A stretch of 53,310 nucleotides of DNA, filler included, from Sluysia triapertura (GCA_046118255.1; 3 parts of 3 records of this genome joined end to end with filler, not necessarily neighbours in it); one strand, 5' to 3'. Positions 13,147 through 26,526 are shown, numbered from the whole stretch's first letter. Made by a program: numbers and translations. The notes: generated by a model from the sequence alone, not told the origin.

Positions 13147-13582
13147 CTTAAGATAAAACGGTAAAATTTAACAGTAAAACGGTTTTCCACGTTAAATTTA
13201 TATAAGCTTGGTAAGAGGCTAATAATTTGTTTACGATAAACCTCAACTATGTTGTATTTTGTCACTGTATTATCATCGTCCTGGTCGATCTCGACATAAA
13301 ATCTATTTAACATTTGACTATAATAGACGATAGTATTTTTATGATCAGATTCAGTTCCATGAGAAATACATAGGTAACATAGTGATTCATACTTGAGGAA
13401 AGGTAGCATTGCTCATTTTGCCATTTACCAAAATTACTCGATTAAGTTCTGAGAAATCCGCTACAGAAGTGCTAATATTTTCTATAGTGCTATAATTGAA
13501 TTTCTTATTATTACATCTAGATATAAGTTGTCGAAATAAACCGTGATCTTGTTCTGAAATTTCTGACTTAATTTTGTCGCTT
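13147..13582 (-). pseudogene. Frameshifted gene relic: death-effector-domain-like segment followed by a segment resembling a HECT N-lobe start
   Basis: Frame 1: SDKIKSEISEQDHGLFRQLI...STIENISTSVADFSELNR...NGKMSN (DED-like spacing). Frame 2: IVEVYRKQIISLLPSLYK...RFTVKF. By-eye similarity only. Confidence 0.3.
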
Positions 13583-13689
13583 CAGATCGAGTTAAATCTT
13601 ATAAATTTGTTATATTTACTTGGACGATTTCATGACTAACTTTATGAGTTTCATCATTATGTTTGGATTTACAAGTGTGCCAGGATATG

Positions 13690-14123
13690 AGGGAGAAACC
13701 TATGGACTTATAAAATGAAGAGAGAACTGATACAAAGTGATAGATTGAGCATTGTTGGAATAAGAATCATGAAAGTAAAACATCTATAATAATGTTAACA
13801 GTGAAAAATACCTTGGAGTTCCAAAGACCTATATAAGGGTTTGAGTCCTTGCGGGAGCTTGAGATGGTCTTGAAGAACTTTTGGAAGTATTAAGGTGCCT
13901 TTGAACTGTAGAACCTTTGGAAAATTGAAGACCTTAGCAACCTTTAATTATTCTTGGAATATCGATAAGTATTTGAGATCCTTAAATAACCTTATAAAGT
14001 GTATAAAATATTTAAAACGTTTGAAAAATAAAATCTTTTTCTCAAAATAATAAAGATAAGTTTAACATAGTAATAATTAACATGAAGAAGTAGAAAAAGA
14101 AATCAGAGAGGTGAAGGTGAAAA
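13690..14123 (+). repeat. Dispersed repeat; diverged inverted copy at ~29700-30120
   Basis: Collinear matches, e.g. GTGAAAAATACCTTGGAGTTC vs GTGAAGAATATCTTAGAGTTC, and TAAAGATAAGTTT...TAATTAACA in both. Truncated by the assembly gap. Confidence 0.7.
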
Positions 14124-14223
14124 NNNNNNNNNNNNNNNNNNNNNNNNNNNNNNNNNNNNNNNNNNNNTTAATTAATTAANNNNNNNNNNNNNNNNNNNNN
14201 NNNNNNNNNNNNNNNNNNNNNNN
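14124..14223. other. Assembly gap with artificial six-frame stop linker
   Basis: 44 N + TTAATTAATTAA (14168-14179) + 44 N. Confidence 0.98.
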
Positions 14224-14399
14224 TCAATATTTGTTATTAATGTTTTTATTATTAGTTTATTCGGGCCATAAGCCCTTTTTGTTAAAAGTTAAATTGATTA
14301 TTTATTTCCGTTTAATCGTTTTAAAGGTTTTGAAAGAAAAAAAATATAATATTGTAAAAGACTCAAAATTTATAAAAAGTTCGAAAATACCCACAACAC

Positions 14400-15600
14400 T
14401 TTAAAGACGTATGCCTGTATTAGGTACAAAAACATTTTTATAGGCCGTGGCACCAAATTTTATGTACAAGTATAAATATGACCTATGCGATAGTCAGTAA
14501 TAGAATTGCTTTAGTAATCAGTTATATTTAAAGATAAATTGTAGGAGAAAGTGATCCTAAATCACTAATCCACAATATCGTTGCAAATTGGGAAATTAAT
14601 CAGTGCTCACATTTCTTTTCGGATTTTATTGTTGCTTAAATTATTAAATTTATCATTAGTACATTTTGTCTTGCTAAAGCAAGGCCAAAATATACGTAAT
14701 CTTTTTTAGTAGTAACCTTAAGTTACATAAAATCATTTCAAAAAAATTATTGGTCAAAGAATTAAAATAAATTATAATAGCTAGTGAGTTCGCCTGTGAT
14801 CCGAGACTCGTCAACAAGATTTAGGTAATCTGAAATACTACTAGACAAAGATATGGATTATTACTTTAATAGAGCAATGCTATCAGAGGCTTAAATTAGC
14901 AATTTTGGCTTATAACTCAGTGGAGTATGGATTTAGTTTGAGTTTAATAAAACTCGTTAATAATGGGGTTTAGTTTGTTATGATTTTACAATTACGTATT
15001 AAGTAGGATATGAAAATAATTATTTATCTCCGTATTTAAACCGGTGTCAAAACTAGATAAATATTAACTGATGTTAGGAAATTAAAGTTATGAAAATTAA
15101 TCCCCTTGAATTTAAATGCTCAATTAAAAGAGAATCAAATATTGGCGCTTAATTATAAATTTTATGGTGGGAACGTTTCTCTTATTATTTGAAGATTAAT
15201 CCGATAAGTATATTCAAAACATTAATGCAACAGAAAACTTACAATGTAATACGTAAATAAAAATTATTTTGAATTATGAAAATTATGCATATTTTACAAC
15301 GCCTAATTTAAATCGGTTGAAATATTAAATAAAGATTTCGAGTATATTTTATAGCACTTTAAATATGCTCAAACTTATAAATAATAAACTAACGAATATG
15401 AATAGGAAAATCCTTAATGGAGTCAGAGGTTTAAATGATTGGACCGAGTTTTTGAATCTTCATATAAATTGTTATATTCCTATCAGAAAATATTCGTATG
15501 CAGTGCAAGTTAATTTATGAAATAATTGCCAAACAACAATTGAACTAATAATTGTAAATAATTAATCAATGATTCTAAAATTATTGTTGAACAATTATAA
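14400..15600 (+). mobile_element. Heavily decayed LTR-retrotransposon (Gypsy-like) pol relic
   Basis: LTNMNRKILNGVRGLNDWTEFLNLHINCY (~15388-15475) resembles the integrase core end (ERxNRTI...W...L...YN). Weak RT-like remnants upstream; many stops. Confidence 0.35.
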
Positions 15601-18526
15601 CATATTTGAAAATAATTGTAACTGTCATCTCACTTAAGCGTTATAAGCATAACCTTGTGAATTAATAACAAAGGCTACATGAGTATTCATGTCATTGTGC
15701 AAAATCCAGGCTCTTGAGCCTGGATTGAAGTTATTATTATTATTATATTATTATTTTTATTAAGTTTTTAATTATTATTATTATAGAATTATTATTTTTA
15801 TTATCATTAATGTTATTATAATTCAAGATTATTATAATATTTGTACTTTTGACGCATTGTAGTGTTTAATTATCTAATATTTTGATTTTGTTACAATAAT
15901 TTAGTTCATTTTTTAACTTATTTGAGTATCTGATTTTGTGTGCGAACATTTAGTTAATGTATTATTCTTAGTTCGATTTTGCTTAATTAGTTAAATTTTG
16001 TTAGAATAAACTACAAAAATCACTATGTTCCATCAAGTGTATTGTAAATATAAAAAGGTAAAAGGTTAAAAGAGTTAAAAGATTTAAATGATTGCCATAC
16101 AAATAATATTATTAAAAATTCTGAAATTATAACAAATTATAATAATTATTAATTAAAAATAGTAAAAGTTCTTAGTTAATTAATATGTTTGGTTAATTAA
16201 TAAGTACAAATTTTGAGATAAAAGTTTTAGCAAAATTTAGTCATTTATAGATAAAAGTTTTATTCAAAAAATTAAAGATTATGAATTGTAAAAATTTTAA
16301 TCTTTTAACATTTTATTATAGATAAAATTTTTATTAAAAAATTAAAAAGAAAATTTAATCTTTTCAATTACTAATTTAATAAAATCTTTTAATCTTTGTT
16401 ATCGAAGCTTTCAAAAATACATAAATAGCTTGCTATTTGTAGCAAAAGACACACAAAAATTTTGTCTCGTTAAAAGAAGCTCTTGTTTAAAAATCTTTTG
16501 AAACGATTTCATCTTGGTTTGAGGATTACTGGATTGGAATTTAAATTGATATTGTTGGAACACAATTAGTAATCAAGTCGATTATCAGACCGGAAGCATC
16601 CACTGGATCGGAACTATTTTGACCATTGAACAGAAGATATCAATTTGGAACGAATTTATTGTGAAGTATTGAATCAAAATTATTGTAAACAGAAATCATT
16701 GAACAGCTGTTAATTCCTGAAAAGAAGACTTGCTTTTTCCACATTTAAAATAGTAAGCTATTTGTGTTAAGGTTAAACAATTATACAGTTGTTTCAAATT
16801 TCTACTAAAAATCACTCTATTTTCACACTCAAGTATTAAACTTGAGTTAAACTCAACATAAAATCTATCCTAATAAACGTTAGAAGAATATTCTAAGTGT
16901 TAATTATTATTATTGATATTATTATTATTGTTATTTACATTCTCTGTATACATTACGATTTATTCTTGCTATATTAGTCTTTGTATTACTTCATTTAAAA
17001 GAAATAAAATTTCATAGGATACTATAAGTATCAAGAGTTTATTGTTTATTTAAATAGGAAGGGAATTATTTGACAAATAACAAGAAATTTGCATAGCAAA
17101 TCAATAAAAGACCCTTTGTCTAAAGTTTAAGAGTAACTTTTCGCAGCATCATTCACCAACCAATAATCAAGTCTTCCGTAGGAAATAAATCTTGAGTTAT
17201 TGGCGAACCCAATAAAGTTAAAATAATCATAATTGTTCCGTATTAAATTAAGAAAACTTGAACACTAAGTAAAATATCACTTAAAATCAATTTGCTAATT
17301 TTTTTTGGTTATTGTTTAAATTGGATAACCCAGTAATTATTTTTAAAATCATTTTACACAAAATTATTAATAAAAATAATATTTATAAATTATTTATATC
17401 AATTATCATTATTATTTATTTTTCTTTTATGTATTAACTGTTTTTGTTTAATCTCATTAATACATTTCTTCGATCATTTAATTTTATATTAAAGATTGTA
17501 ATAGTTAAATTAATAAACGATAAAATATTCAGGTTTAATATAACTAACCGAAGTAAACTTCATTTCTAAAATTTATACATAACGATGTGTTCACACTTAT
17601 AACACATTATTATTTTTTTTATTGTAATATTTATTATTTGTATTATTATTTATTACTTATTTTAAAATGATTATTATGAGATTTATTATTATTTATTACA
17701 TATTATTCTTTCTAATGTGACAGACTGTAAGTGTGCAAACCAAGCGAAATAGTAATTGTAATAAAACAGTTAAAATTCGAGAAATGTGATCGTGATGAAT
17801 GTATTACGCATTTAATACATTTTTATTGAACAAGTAATGATAATGTTTCTGTAATTTAAAAAACTAGATAAAGGGTTTGGCCATTTTTCATTTATTACAT
17901 TGAGTGAAAATGAGTATATTTTAATGTTTAAAAACCATATGTATTTCTTTAAACATGTAAAAATAAAAACATTATTATTGTTGCACATGGTCTTTTTTAT
18001 ATTCTAACGTACTAATCTTCAAGATTTAATCGCAAGGCAAGGGTTTAAATAGACTTTTCAAGAAGATAATAAATTTTTTCAGTTATTTTTTAATTTCAGC
18101 TTTAATACTTCTATTGCAAAGTTGTCCTTTGTTTTCCATCTTGGTTTGAATATGTATACAAAAAAACATGAATATATAGATCACAAAACTAAATTCTAAT
18201 TGATTTAAATTTGTTTAATTAAAAATAAAAATCAAAATAAATATTCTTGTTTATATAGTATGATTGTTTTGCTATTTTTCAATTATAAAAAGTTCGTTTC
18301 CTTTAAATATTCAAACGCAAACAAAAAAAAACATAACCATAATTAAAATAATTGCAAGTGTATAGCAACACAAATAAAAAATTAAATTACTGTATTTTGT
18401 TTCATTGTGCGATTAAACAGTTGTACTTTAACTGGATTCATTGTTTTTACATTATCATAATCGATAATATATTTAAGTATAACTAATTTTATATATACTA
18501 GTAAAACTAAAAAATTGAAATTGAAA

Positions 18527-18691
18527 ATGAAAATTTGTTTGATTTTAGTTATAATAAAGTTAATTAATGGATTTAATCATATTGATGATAATGATAGTGA
18601 ATCAGACGATATCATTATTGAAATGATATCTGATAATGATAGTGATGCTAGACAAGTAGCATTAGATCATGACTTAGAGTTTATAGGAAAA
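18527..18691 (+). CDS. Proprotein convertase (kexin/furin/PC family, S8B), first coding exon: signal peptide and start of prodomain
   Basis: MKICLILVIIKLING signal-like N-terminus, then IIIEM...DARQVALDHDLEFIGK matching the prodomain AxxVAxxHGxxxxG[QK] pattern. Strong AAA|GTGAGT phase-0 donor where furin/PCSK1 have an intron (from memory). No downstream exons recognised. Confidence 0.7.
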
Positions 18692-20653
18692 GTGAGTTCT
18701 ATTTGTTATTTTAAAATGATGTTTAACATTTATAAAATATTCATATTATACACCTGTTATTTGTTCCTTATTGTACAAGGAAAGTTTGACTTTTAAAATT
18801 TTCTCTACTCAAATCTTTTATTAATGAAGTTAGCTGTTTTCATTTTTCCCAGCTGTTTTCATTTAATATTAATCAGTATGTTTACCCAACCCTTCAACTC
18901 TATTTCCAATTTGGCTTTTGGATGGCTCTTTTATTGCCATTATTGTCAGTAATTCTTTCAAATTTTATTGTAATTTTTGTTTTCATCGCATCTCTTTCGG
19001 GTTTTCTAGTTTATTTTAAAGTTAAAATTATTACAAAATTTGTTAATTTTAGTTTGTGTCCTATATTTTAGTACAACGCCTTTATAAACTGTTGTTTAAT
19101 TTCTCCAATAAGGACCGCAGGTACCAGGAAGCTTACTTCAGTTATATAATTGTAAAATCATGTAATTAATATTTTTCTATTTTTATAAATTTTGTAAAGC
19201 AAAGTTTATTGAATCACCTTTTGAACTCGATAAATCTGTGTTACATTACAAAAATAGAAATCGAAATTTCTAGGATATTCTGGCATTTTCGAGAATTTTC
19301 TTTAATTACAATTGGTTGATGATTGGTATATATTACTGGCATCAATTTAATAACATGATTTTAGTTAAGCCATTCAATTACTTAATTTTTGTCAATTGAT
19401 TTTTTCGGAAAAAATAGTCTAACAATTTTGGAAAGTTTAATATTTTTCAGATTAAATTAGTGTGTTTCTTGATTATTAAGATCAGTTCTACTCAAAATGG
19501 TAGAATCTTAAAATATACGAAATCATTTTAATAAAATTTTTCCCATTCCGGCTTAATGAGGGCGAAATATATGTTTAAAGCATTAATTAGTAAATAATTT
19601 AAAAATTTATTTTTGTATACTATAATCTTGTCTTTTTATATTATTCTCTTCCTATTCTGTGTATATTGTAGCATTTTATTTAACTTACGACAGAATATTT
19701 TTTGAGCAGGGTCCGCTTACAACAAACGACTTACAACGTACAGTGGGCGTTCCTGCAACGTTATAAGCTAATACGTTATCTGAATATAAGTGCTGTTTAT
19801 TTAGGGACTTAACAAATGTTCAAATCGTGTAATTTTCTCAAAATTTTAATAATTTACTCTATAGCTTTTAATAATTAAATAGAAACGAAAATATCAACTT
19901 TATTACACAGTACAAAAGTTTTCTAGCAACAACAATAAAAGATATTAAAAGACTGTATTTTAGAAATTAAAGCTCCAAAAGCGTTTATTCTAATAACTAC
20001 ATTATATTAAGTATATATTACCTCTAAATATATCGGGACTTAATAATTAAAATGACTGACAATTTAAGTTGAAATTGATTCAAAAATTATGTAATTTACC
20101 AACGCATGGAATTGTAAATAAAATCAAATAATTGTTCGGTGAATATTGCCCAAGTGAATTTTGAATAGACTGTTAATTGTGAACAGATTACTAAAATTTC
20201 ACAATTACTCAATCAAGAATCAAAACGATAGCGTTGCAAATGGCGAATTTTACAACGCTGCCAGCCAATAGGAATCGATGGAATCTTCTGGAACATTTTA
20301 GAAACCTCTATTGTATTTTAAAAAAATAATTTTTTAAATGATTTTAAAATAATTTCAAAGTATTATGGTGGCATTTTAGACGGTAACCTAACATTATTAT
20401 TTTAGAATTAAAGCTACTTTCAACTTTAATTTTATTGCATTTTAAATTAGAAATTTAGTAATTAAGTCGGAGATCAAAAAATAAAGGTTTTCTTAGTATA
20501 AACTAATATCGAAATTCAAAAGTAAATCGCTATTCAAAAATAATTTTTAAAGCATTGTCAATGATTCGATGGCCAATTTTTTTATTTTCCCTTTTTCTGA
20601 CGAATTATTTTTATTTAAATATTATTCTTAATTTATACTACTCAAAAATAAGA

Positions 20654-21082
20654 CTACTCGTAAAGTATATTTGCATTTTTACAGCTAGTCAAATAATAAA
20701 TCTCATTTATGAGATCTAGTTTACCGAATTTGAAATTACCGCGTTGTCGTTCATTTTGTATTCTTTCATTAATTTCATGATCGCAAGGCATAATCGGTAT
20801 AATGGGATCTCGACTGAAAATACGATGCCTATTTCGTTGATGTTGCATTTGTCGGTGTCGCAATTCTTGCCAAATTTTTAAACAATTTTTCTGATGAATC
20901 ATCAATGAATATTTCGTATATCTTTTACCACAAATGTAACATATAATGCCAGGCATCTTTTTTATTTCTCGTGCATTGTGTAAAACAAATTTTTCACTTT
21001 TAGAACAAGAATCGTCCTTAAGAAAATTATTTTTGTTTAAATTGGTATTATTTTGAATTAAAAATATTTTCCATTTTATTGG
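20654..21082 (-). CDS. ZNF474-type C2HC zinc-finger ORF (5' end disrupted or spliced; may be a pseudogene or part of the upstream finger gene)
   Basis: IICYICGKRYTKYSLMIHQKNCLKIW matches zf-C2HC_2 (CYICGRxFxxxSIxIHxxxCLxxW). Frame is open ~42 codons upstream of Met 20956 before a TGA. Confidence 0.7.
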   Translation of the reverse strand, partial: PIKWKIFLIQNNTNLNKNNFLKDDSCSKSEKFVLHNAREIKKMPGIICYICGKRYTKYSLMIHQKNCLKIWQELRHRQMQHQRNRHRIFSRDPIIPIMPCDHEINERIQNERQRGNFKFGKLDLINEIYYLTSCKNANILYE

Positions 21083-22453
21083 TCAGTTGATTTTTCTGAT
21101 AAAATACTGATGATTCTAAAATATTTAAATATTAATCAACATTGATCGTCTTTACATCTTTATATCAACTAAATCTTAATTTTAAAATTGAAATAAAATA
21201 ATATCAGAATAGAATACTTATATTAATACATGGGATAGTGAAATGCTATATTTATCTTTTATATATGAAAACATATTATAAAAGTATGTATGAGCATTGT
21301 AATGCATTTTAAATTAAATAAAACTTCATAAATCAATCTACAATATTACTGAAAATCGCTGACTGGTTGAATTTCAATATCGGTCATTCTAATAATAAAT
21401 AAACAGTGTGGTGTGGACTATTTGATTTTAAAAGAGTGGAAAAACAAGATTGTCAATTGATCATTAAATTATATATAAGTTTTAATGGAAAAATGGAGTT
21501 TGTTTCTTCGAGGCATAACATTATTTAATTTTAGTGACATTTTTGTTTCTATTTCTTAAACTTGTTTAATATTAACTTTTTACTTTTGAACAGCATCTTT
21601 TTCTTTAAACTACTTTTTATTTAGTGTCACTCATTGAGCACACTCATTAAATAATGAAATAAATGTGCAAACGCCAGAAAAACGTCACACTGTAAGACGA
21701 CACCAAGCTCTAAAATTTAAAATTTGTATTGAATCGTTAGCTAATGAGATTAAAGGTATTAAAAACAAGCCTTTACAACAAAGACCTAATAAAAAAGTTA
21801 ACATTTAATGTAATAACACTAGCATTAGTATTACTATATTAATAAGTTCGCTGTTTGAAGCATTGTTAAATAATTTTTTTCGCTGAATATTTATTATGCG
21901 TACAACCATTAATCGTTGTTTCAATCGATAATGTACATATTGCGTCTTTCGAAAGTCGATTTTTTTTATAAAACACACTATCACGAGTTTGAAGTTAAAA
22001 TATCTCCATTTTCCCACAGCCTGAATCATCGCCTATTTTGCGTAATCTAATTGAATTTTGTTCAATTGATTCTGCTGTCACTAAATTTATTATCTCTTTA
22101 TTCTATAAATTCATAAGCACGAACAAAAAATAGTTAATTTCATTGTTTATCAGATATAGGTGGCTCTTAGATGGACATCATAACTTAGCCGTTTCAAGAT
22201 AGTATAATTTTAGGAGTTTAAGCGATTTAGTTAAGTTGATAAATAATATATTCTGATATGCAATAGAAAGGTTAGAAAGTTAATATCCTTTCTACTCATG
22301 GGTACAATTATCAAAATAAACTTGCAAACACATTTTAATTTAATTTTATATTGATTAATATTAATGAAAGATTATATTATCGTTTTTTAAATTGTCGAAT
22401 TAAAGTGAAAATATTTAGATCAAATTGCAATAAATTGTCACAATCTTTTTATA

Positions 22454-22454
22454 A

Positions 22455-22490
<36 letters not shown>
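22454..22490. repeat. (TAG)n microsatellite
   Basis: Seen directly. Confidence 0.95.
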
Positions 22491-23368
22491 AATCAAACTG
22501 ATAGCCGTGAAGCTAAACTACGTTTCATTGTGAGAATAGTGTAATTATCAAATAACCCATAAATAGTTGATAATCCAGATAAACTTACTAAACGTCAGAT
22601 AGAATTAATCTCAATTTCCATAATGACAATATCGACAATAATAGAGCAAAATAATTATTAGAATAAAAATAACAGGAATACAAACGATAATAAAGATAAA
22701 AGAAATAATAAAGATAAAATAATAACACTCCCTATGATAATGATGTTGAATGATAACAATACAAAATAATTGGGATAATAACAATGATTTTATTTATTTT
22801 GTGAATTTATAAAGGTAAGTTTCTTTATGTGTGAAAGCGTGTTACAAAAGTGAGAGAATCTGTTAATAAGTGCGAGTGATTGTAAAAATGTAATTCAGTT
22901 TTGATAATCAATTGAGTTTACATTGTTGGAGATCATTTGTTGATGCCTGAAGAAGTGAAAATCGTGTGAAATAAATTGTTTCGAATTTAGACTATTGTAG
23001 ATAGTTGTTGTTTGAGGTAAATTATCTAGCTATATAAGTACAAGAATGTTTGTTATAATGTTTCGTCTTTTGTTTTTGAATTGTCAATCTGTAAAAAGAA
23101 TAGCCACTTTCACTACACGTGCATTTCCTAACAGTCAATGTACAGCATACTCGAAATTTTAAGAAGACTAGATCATTTAATTATTTTTATATTTCTAAAA
23201 CTACAATACCTAAAGCTAGAAAATTGTAAGTGGCTAGTAACCACGAGCTTTTATTAGTATTTTAAAATACTAAAGAAAGTTTAATATCACTATACGCAAA
23301 ACAATAACATCAAAAAAGACTGCCAAATGATTAATATTTCACACACACACACACACGCAACCAATTAT

Positions 23369-23585
23369 TTAATAACTAACTTGTTCATTGTTTTTGCTTT
23401 TGTTCAATTTGGTTCCCGATTTAGATTGGTTCGATTTACTTTGATTTCGATTTAAATTCTGACTCATATTACTTTGAATTTTAGCTTGATTTTGTGACAA
23501 TGAACGTTTCGATGCTTTTGGACGAATTAATACTACACCTTTACATTTTTGTACATGACTTATACGATTGGCCATAGAAATCCAA
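23369..23585 (-). CDS. Tandem C2HC zinc-finger module gene, exon 4 (completes finger 2; S/N/Q/K-rich tail)
   Basis: tttAG acceptor; (R)WISMANRISHVQKCKG... Ends at TAA 23371-23369 or at a possible donor CAA|GTTAGT (23380). Confidence 0.75.
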
Positions 23586-24114
23586 CTAAATTTTATAAAG
23601 TGATAATAAATTAGTAATATACTTTTTTGGTTCTATATATTACTAAACATTCAATATTTTTGTTTACGTCATTTTCAAATAAATAATATTGTCAATTTTA
23701 TGATTCATCGTCTCGACGAAAGCACATTGTGCGTCAATGAATAATCTTTAGAAATAACTTATCGATGAACATGTGTTTCATAAATAAAAAATCAATATTT
23801 TAATCAAATACAATCATAGAATTGGGATCATTGCAAATATTCTGTTACGTATGCGATGTAAATTCATTTTACAAAGTAAGTAAAACAAATACATTTATAG
23901 ATATTACCTTTTCAGAGTTATGTACAAAATAATTTCCATTTATTTTAATATTTCAACACATTACTCACTTTTTCGTACACATTTTTAAAATTGGCATTCA
24001 AACAAAACGTTTTTATAAAAATAAAAAATAATGGATTATTATTTACCAATGTTTGAATTCATAAGCTAAATAGGCTACGCGTCACTATTTTTGAATTAAC
24101 TAATATGTTCTTAC

Positions 24115-24215
24115 CGATTACATTTATTGCAACAAAAATTGGTCACTTCTGCTTCATTTGAATCTCTTCCAAATATTCCATCTTCTGGTATAATATCCAT
24201 ATTTTTATTTTTGTT
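24115..24215 (-). CDS. Tandem C2HC zinc-finger module gene, exon 3 (start of module 2)
   Basis: tttAG acceptor, phase 0; NKNKNMDIIPEDGIFGRDSNEAEVTNFCCNKCNR; donor CG|GTAAGA at the same codon position as in module 1. Confidence 0.8.
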
Positions 24216-26459
24216 CTAAATAATAATAATCAATTATTTAATATCGGATATTATACACTTATTACAAATACTTAATTTGTCGATTATGTTATGAAGATTT
24301 TTAACTACAAAATATGATTGGTGATTTTATTTTACATCGTGAAGGCTAGTACTAAATTTATCTGTGATGAAAGAAATAAAAAAGATGGTTTACATTCAAA
24401 TTATTCTGATAAGTGGTTTAATAATTGAATGGTTTTATTGAAATATGTTACGTGTATTTTTCAAATACAAGTTACAATCAAATGCCACTAACCGCAAAAC
24501 CAGTGTGCCTTCTCATTAGTAATATACGCATGCCTATCTAGACATGACCTTCAATCAATGAGCCTAACATAAAAGAATTCTGCTTGTATTTATTAGATCA
24601 GTCACAGTTAAATAATTTAAAACTAACTCACTAGATGAAAGTCGCTTAACATCAAAGTATTTCGTACTGACACAATAAAATAATAAAGATAATATAAAAC
24701 AAAACTTTGGTCCAAAATATTATCTTTTAAGTTAAATTTATATCTAAAGAGTGAATGTTGACAGTTATTTATTTATTGTTTGTTACGTGTAGATTTTAGA
24801 TCTTATTTGTCTCAATTTTGAAACAAGTCTTTAAATACTTTCGTAATAACGTTGTATTTTGACAGGTCAAGTTAAAATGTATTCATTACCAATGCAATGC
24901 TATTTAAAAAAGAAAAGAGGAATAATACAACTAATTAGGAAAATTAACATAACTCACTATTGTCAATAGGTAACATATTAACAAAAAAGACAATGTGTCT
25001 ACTCACACAACTAAATACGGGGCATACAAAGGGTATAAATTACAACTACAAATATCTTAGGCATTCGTTGTTATTTTTGTCCAAATGCAAAATTTTCTAT
25101 ATTCACAATCGCTGAAATAATTTTTCTCCAATTACTTTCATAAAAAATATTCAGAAATACTAAATATTTGGCTTTAGAAATACCTAATCAAAGAACCACA
25201 TGGACTTTGTAAATATAGCAAAATGAATGATATACATTTGAAGGTTTTATGGAAGCTTTGAGATAAATCTATAAGATAAATATAATTAATTGTATGAAAC
25301 TTTGACAAATCATGATGAAAATTTCGCCAGGCTAGTCCATATCATAAGATGGCTATCATTTTATTATGATAATTGATTGAAACATTGTTGGCTGTTGTAA
25401 GTATTTCTAGGAATAAAAATGATTTTGTGCTACATAAATAGGTATAAAAAATAACTTGACATTTAGTGAAGAGGAATACTTTAAAAATTTGAAATGTCAA
25501 ACAAATTTCTTCAAATTAAACAAATAACATTAATCAATGCGTCATCCTTTATTGTATTAACATTAATTGTTGAATTCTATTTTGATTTTTAAAGGCTTCT
25601 CTTATATGTTATATCGATAAAACTGTGATCGTCGAAAAAAATATAAAATATCTCTAAAATACTCTCGGCTTTTGTCCATTTGAAGGAAACCAAAAATTAT
25701 CTTTTGATATTTCTGTTTCGTGGAAAATTAACCATTAATAACATAATAACATTTTATATTATTACAGATTCATCGAAAAATATGTTTGAACTGTTTATAT
25801 AATTGCAAAATAAATACTTTTACATGGAATTAAAAATGTATCAATAAAAGCTATTTCATTAATTCATTTAAACAAATTGAAGGTTACGAATTTATAAATT
25901 TGTTTGTATAATATTTAAAATAAACGATAAAGTTTATAAATTAAAGTATTTATCAAAATTATTTTAGTATGTGTATTGCTTTATAACTTAAAAAGTATTA
26001 TTACATATTTTTACTTCCACAGATACTTAACTGTCTGAATTATCCATTACTCTTTACTATTTTGAGATAAGAGATAAGTAATAATAGATCAAAATTATAA
26101 TTATAGATCATAAAGACTGGAAGATGTTCATTATTTAACCTAAAAGATAGTTTTGTAGTTTAATATTTCGAGTCAGAATAAGAAATAACATTTTCTTCAG
26201 TATAATCCTGAAACTAATAGTTTTTAAAAGTTATTGAAAAATAACTCTTCTTTTAGTTTTAATTTTATTTAATGATAGTTGGATGATAGCTTTAAAATAT
26301 AAAAATCAAAATAATATATAAAAATTAATTAGAGCTTATTAAACTTATTATTTTAATTTAATAATATCTTAAAGCAACAGGTAGCTTAAAAATAAATTTA
26401 TTTAAAATGTTTTGTTTTTAGTTTAAATTTTATATTAATTATAATAAGTTATAACAAAC

Positions 26460-26526
26460 ATCATCTTCTATAACGGCACCTTGGCATTCTCGTTCATGTT
26501 GATTACGTTTATCCATATTTAGCCAT
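26460..26526 (-). CDS. Tandem C2HC zinc-finger module gene, exon 2 (completes finger 1)
   Basis: tttAG acceptor; (R)WLNMDKRNQHERECQGAVIEDD completes C-x2-C-x11-H-x3-C. Ends at a GTTTGT donor (26459), or reads on to TAA at 26441-26439. Confidence 0.8.

Noticed and set aside
14168-14179. TTAATTAATTAA palindrome inside N runs (also 31270-31281)
   Set aside because: Identical 44+12+44 layout twice: an assembly linker, not biology.
17055-17080. GRELFDK as the missing CAMK4 exon
   Set aside because: Wrong strand, no surrounding kinase motifs, different contig.
21750-22102. Stop-codon reassignment (TAA as Gln or TGA as Trp) suggested by frames with isolated stops
   Set aside because: The conserved CAMK4, TECPR and finger exons contain no in-frame TAA/TGA, use TGG for Trp and CAA for Gln, and CAMK4 ends in TAA. 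Pseudogene decay explains the pattern.
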